Source: Tortispora ganteri (Eukaryota). Taken from it: a stretch of 64,000 bases of DNA. The notes below the pieces were generated by a model. It was not told the origin of the DNA. It saw nothing but the letters and a program-made list of their open reading frames with translations, and made no database searches. Where the stretch lies: the NCBI GenBank assembly GCA_003707115.1, contig PPNB01000007.1:62001-126000 (forward strand), in the 5' to 3' direction. The position numbers were made by a program, and so were the translations under genes. Position 1 is the stretch's first letter, and the number at the start of each line of letters is the position of its first letter. Below are positions 62,099 through 64,000 of the stretch, piece by piece.

Positions 62099-63202
62099 TC
62101 ATAACTTCACATCTTGTCGTGATTCACTGAGCCGTCGCGATACGCTAGGCTCTTGCTGGTGTAGGGCCATTGATCTTCTTTCTACTAGTAGGAAGTGGAT
62201 CTGGTGCCTGATACCATTAATGGCGGTTCTAAGCGCATTAATTTCATCGGCATTTTTTCTTGCCTCTGATACTAGCGATGCACTGTGTCTTATTTCGAAA
62301 TCCCGCAATCCGCTCGAGACCAGTTCGAGTTCTGCGCGGACGTGCTCCTGCTCTGAGAATAAATGGAATATATCTGAATCTGAGGATAATGGATGTTGCG
62401 TTTCCAAGAACACAAGCGCATCAATTTTACGATGCAACATATCATTTTCTTTCTCGAGTTTGTCGATTTTGGCCTGTTGTACTTCAAATGCTGGCCGTAG
62501 ACTCGCAAACACGCAGGTTTGCTCATGGCTCGTGATCTCGCCCAGTGGTGCGTCTTCTTTTTTGCAACCGTATGGTTTACCACTGCAAGATATCATGCGT
62601 TTCGGACACTCCTGGATGTGACTACTCATGTTGACTGCTGTGAACATACCGTTGCAATGTGGACAAGCAGCAGTGATCTTTTCGCACTTCTGTTCGTGGT
62701 CTGACAAGTCCACCGCAGGCATAGTAGCGCCACACGCGCTGCAAGCAACTTCCTTATGCAACGGACACTCGTCTTCCGCTGTTGTCGCCTTGGCTTTACC
62801 GGAAAAACTTTCTGATAGCTCGAGCACATGTTTGCGTAGGACTGTTATACCACAGTAGGGACAATCAATGGCGGCGTACTCGCACTCTTCTTGTACATGT
62901 TTTGAAATTACATATTTGGGTCCAACCTTCGTACAGCCATTCTCCTTAAATAAACAATAAACGTCGAGATCGCTTAACAGGTTCATTATAACAAGTGGCG
63001 CTGGGTGTATATCGTTGACGGAGATCGGCTTTCGGTCAATCGGGCAACGCTCTGTGGATCTCTCTAATGCTCCAAAAAGACACATACGGCAAAATGTATG
63101 GCCACATATTGTTGTACGAGGTTCAATTAGAGGTCCACGACAAATTGGACATACTAATGATTCCGGTAGATCAACATACGTGTATTCTTCATTCTGCATC
63201 AT
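62099..63202 (-). CDS. RING (C3HC4) + TRAF-type zinc-finger + coiled-coil protein, putative E3 ligase
   Basis: CPIC...CGHTFC..C...CPIDR, repeated H...C...C..C zinc knuckles and a coiled coil. First ATG is at 63202. Confidence 0.85.
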   Translation of the reverse strand: MMQNEEYTYVDLPESLVCPICRGPLIEPRTTICGHTFCRMCLFGALERSTERCPIDRKPISVNDIHPAPLVIMNLLSDLDVYCLFKENGCTKVGPKYVISKHVQEECEYAAIDCPYCGITVLRKHVLELSESFSGKAKATTAEDECPLHKEVACSACGATMPAVDLSDHEQKCEKITAACPHCNGMFTAVNMSSHIQECPKRMISCSGKPYGCKKEDAPLGEITSHEQTCVFASLRPAFEVQQAKIDKLEKENDMLHRKIDALVFLETQHPLSSDSDIFHLFSEQEHVRAELELVSSGLRDFEIRHSASLVSEARKNADEINALRTAINGIRHQIHFLLVERRSMALHQQEPSVSRRLSESRQDVKL

Positions 63203-63390
63203 GGTTAATTGGTAAGAATTGGGTGGAGGGATATGGTGGAGAGAGGCTATTATTCCAACCCTTACCCACTCTACACCTGCTCTCTCTCCCAAAAGACGGG
63301 CTCCTTTATTAAGATCGATTCACCTTACTAAATAACCCTTCTATTAGCTATAAACCATTATAGTGTATTGTTTTTTTACCGCTTTAACAT

Positions 63391-64000
63391 ATGTCAAAGG
63401 AGGCACAAGTAACACTTCTTGCTGATCAGGTTGCTACTAGCGTTAGTGAACTCAAGCGGCTCGAAGAGCTCCAACTTCAACCTACTGATACAGAGCTCGA
63501 AGATGTTCATTCTTCGCTAGATAAACTACGACAAGCCATATCTGCACTAGACATAGAAGGCACAGTATCTAGTTCTGTGCTTGTATATCTTCAAAAGCGG
63601 TATGAGGATATAGTTACTCAGATGTATGGGTCCAGTCTTCCAAATGAACTTGCCGCCTCGTGGACAGAGAAACCACGTAAAACCGTTCGGTTCCGACCCG
63701 ACCTTGAGGAGTTCGCTCCTGCACAATCAGAGTCCCCACGCAAGAAAGATTCTAAAAATCTTCCTGATAATTTTGACAGCACTAGTAGTACAACCACAAC
63801 AACCGTCGATACTCTCACACCATTTGAACCCTACACAGATAACGTCGACCCGAGTTTCCTAGGCTCAGATGCCATCTTACTCCAGAATAGACAAATCATG
63901 GCCCAACAGGACCAGAATCTCGATACACTATCGGACTCAATATCTCGCCAACGTGATCTCGGACTACAAATTGGTCAAGAACTCGATGATCATGTCACTA
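63391..64000 (+). CDS. SYN8: Endosomal Qc-SNARE Syn8 (partial, runs off the window end)
   Basis: Absent from the ORF track. Translated by hand: MSKEAQVTLLADQV...SELKRL...PYTD...QIMAQQDQNLDTLSDSISRQRDLGLQIGQELDDHV, open to 64000. Confidence 0.85.
   Translation, partial: MSKEAQVTLLADQVATSVSELKRLEELQLQPTDTELEDVHSSLDKLRQAISALDIEGTVSSSVLVYLQKRYEDIVTQMYGSSLPNELAASWTEKPRKTVRFRPDLEEFAPAQSESPRKKDSKNLPDNFDSTSSTTTTTVDTLTPFEPYTDNVDPSFLGSDAILLQNRQIMAQQDQNLDTLSDSISRQRDLGLQIGQELDDHVT

Noticed and set aside
1474..63862. Numerous 60-190 aa ORFs antisense to or nested in the large genes
   Set aside because: They are shadows of well-supported CDSs, many start at non-ATG codons, and none has a recognisable motif.
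1..64000. tRNA, rRNA, LTR/transposon, CRISPR or horizontally acquired cassette; PTS1 by stop-codon readthrough
   Set aside because: I saw no cloverleaf with A/B boxes, long repeats, transposase/RT ORFs or repeat-spacer arrays. The stops I checked lacked a TGA-CTA readthrough context leading to SKL. This was a manual scan only.

Overview
Eukaryotic DNA from a very gene-dense, intron-poor ascomycete yeast. It is inferred to be an early-diverging Saccharomycotina lineage and uses the standard code (CTG occupies conserved Leu positions). About 37 protein-coding genes are packed with very short intergenic spaces, and two convergent pairs overlap at their 3' ends. In order: Mep ammonium transporter, CSN2, PAN5, SET-domain methyltransferase, MsrB, GLO1, LAMTOR2/Ego3-like, LSB5, MsrA, MCP1, LIP2, DBF4, SCP160, DUG2, NXT1/NTF2-like, KRS1, an orphan, VPS64/FAR9-10, RTF1, APM3, HAD hydrolase, VPS17, RPO31, GRAM-VASt (LAM), divergent CSN6, small CxxC membrane protein, STE7, SPT6, MRC1, a second orphan, LTP1, chitin synthase, TCP1, ProRS, PKC1, RING/TRAF-zinc-finger protein and a partial SYN8. 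I rebuilt three spliced genes by hand (CSN2, LSB5, and LTP1 with a 21-nt microexon in the active-site loop) and found SYN8, which the ORF track misses. No tRNA, rRNA, transposon or CRISPR was recognised. I found no convincing wholly new biological system. The best leads are a loose MsrB-GLO1-MsrA damage-repair neighbourhood with Yap1-type sites, recurrent promoter motifs, retained but divergent COP9 subunits, and two orphan ORFs. All product calls come from motif recognition; no database search was run.
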